Shown here: positions 62,987 through 64,000 of the stretch, in pieces
Numbering within the stretch: position 1 is the first letter of the stretch
How the letters are laid out: each line of letters starts with the position of its first letter
NCBI RefSeq assembly: GCF_009914755.1
Contig: NC_060934.1
Reading direction: 5' to 3' (one strand)
Source: the human T2T-CHM13v2.0 reference genome, Homo sapiens
DNA: 64,000 bases
Notes under the pieces: generated by a model
Told to the model about the DNA's origin: nothing
The model's database searches: none
Seen by the model: only the letters and a program-made list of their open reading frames with translations
Position numbers and translations under genes: made by a program

Positions 62987-64000
62987 AGCACAGTGCCTGA
63001 CACATAAGAAGCCCTTGTTTCATTTGGTATTAACTCAATTAAAATACATTCTCAATGGAGTAGGTTATCTTGAAGCTCTGTTTGCTTGATCGCCTGGGGA
63101 AGGGGGTGCGGGTGGCACACAGGAAAGGGTGAAGAACCGAGTGTCTGTCTGAAGGTGATGATTATTTCAGATCGGCATTGTCTTTGTCTAAGCTGTAATC
63201 AACAGGCCTTCACAATGCCAGGAAAGAGTGACGTAGCTGACTGTCATCACAAGACGCTGCTCCTCCTGGGGATGGCTGGTCTCTGATGAAGAAGCTACAC
63301 CCATTTCCACAATACGGATGCAGAACAAACCAGTATTTCATTTATTAAAACAAGGCAGGAAGAGAAGCTCTAATCCATTCTCTCTCATGCGTATCTAATA
63401 GGTAAGGCAGATTATTTCAGTATTTTCATATTTTCTCTTTAATAAGGGCATGTCAGATTTTTACCATGTTAAACTGCTTTCACCAGTGTGAACCACAGAG
63501 TGCCATGATAGACATGGAGAAAGACCAGCCTCGTTCTCATTTGCCTTTTTCTAGCACCACTCTTGCTTTCATTTACTTATTCATTTATTCAACAAATATT
63601 TATGGAGTATTCGCGGTGCCTCCGACCCACGGTTCTTCAGAAGCCAAGATGAGGGCTGTGAGGAGCAGAAAAGGTGGTCACTAGTCATGGGTTTCTGAGA
63701 GCCTGAAGGACCCTGCAGCTGGGTCTCTGGTGATGACACCCTAGGGAGGCCGCCTAAAGGCCCCAGGCCCCATAGCTGCACAGCGGCCCACCAGTGACAC
63801 CCCCAGTCCACAACCTGTCCTTTGTCGAGAACGCAGAGGCACAGCCATCTTTGAGGCAAAGCGGCTGGACCGGAAGACCCACTCGGGTCTCTTTTGGACC
63901 CCCGTCTCACATTCCTACCCTTGGTGTCTCTCTGTGGGGCATTTCTTAGCTCTCAGACTCATCCAGTTCTCTAGCTGAAGGCAGAATTCCACACGAACAA

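Overview
Human-type (primate) genomic DNA, rich in Alu, L1, MIR, MER DNA transposons and LTRs. The only supportable protein-coding gene is the 3' part of JCAD (KIAA1462) on the minus strand. It comprises a giant 3764-nt internal coding exon (52903-49140, canonical AG/GT ends) and a last exon of 35 coding nt (40953-40919, DSYDPSRVERV*), followed by a ~5.1 kb 3' UTR ending near an AATAAA at 35859-35854. The start-codon exon is not in the window. Positions 1-35.8 kb are intergenic and 53-64 kb are intron. The other ORF-track entries are best explained as repeat, low-complexity or antisense artefacts. I see no proven new biological system. The most interesting unexplained structures are: a CpG-rich ancient CR1-LINE-like remnant with an open frame and a PBX-HOX motif (~16.5 kb); two ~150-bp inverted duplications ~1 kb apart (14.2/15.4 kb and 44.0/45.2 kb); one target site hit by three successive Alus (54.1-55.1 kb); a tailless Alu with a perfect target-site duplication; and a back-to-back CTCF motif pair (25.65 kb). 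Repeat boundaries are approximate, and subfamily names come from remembered consensus sequences, not a search.
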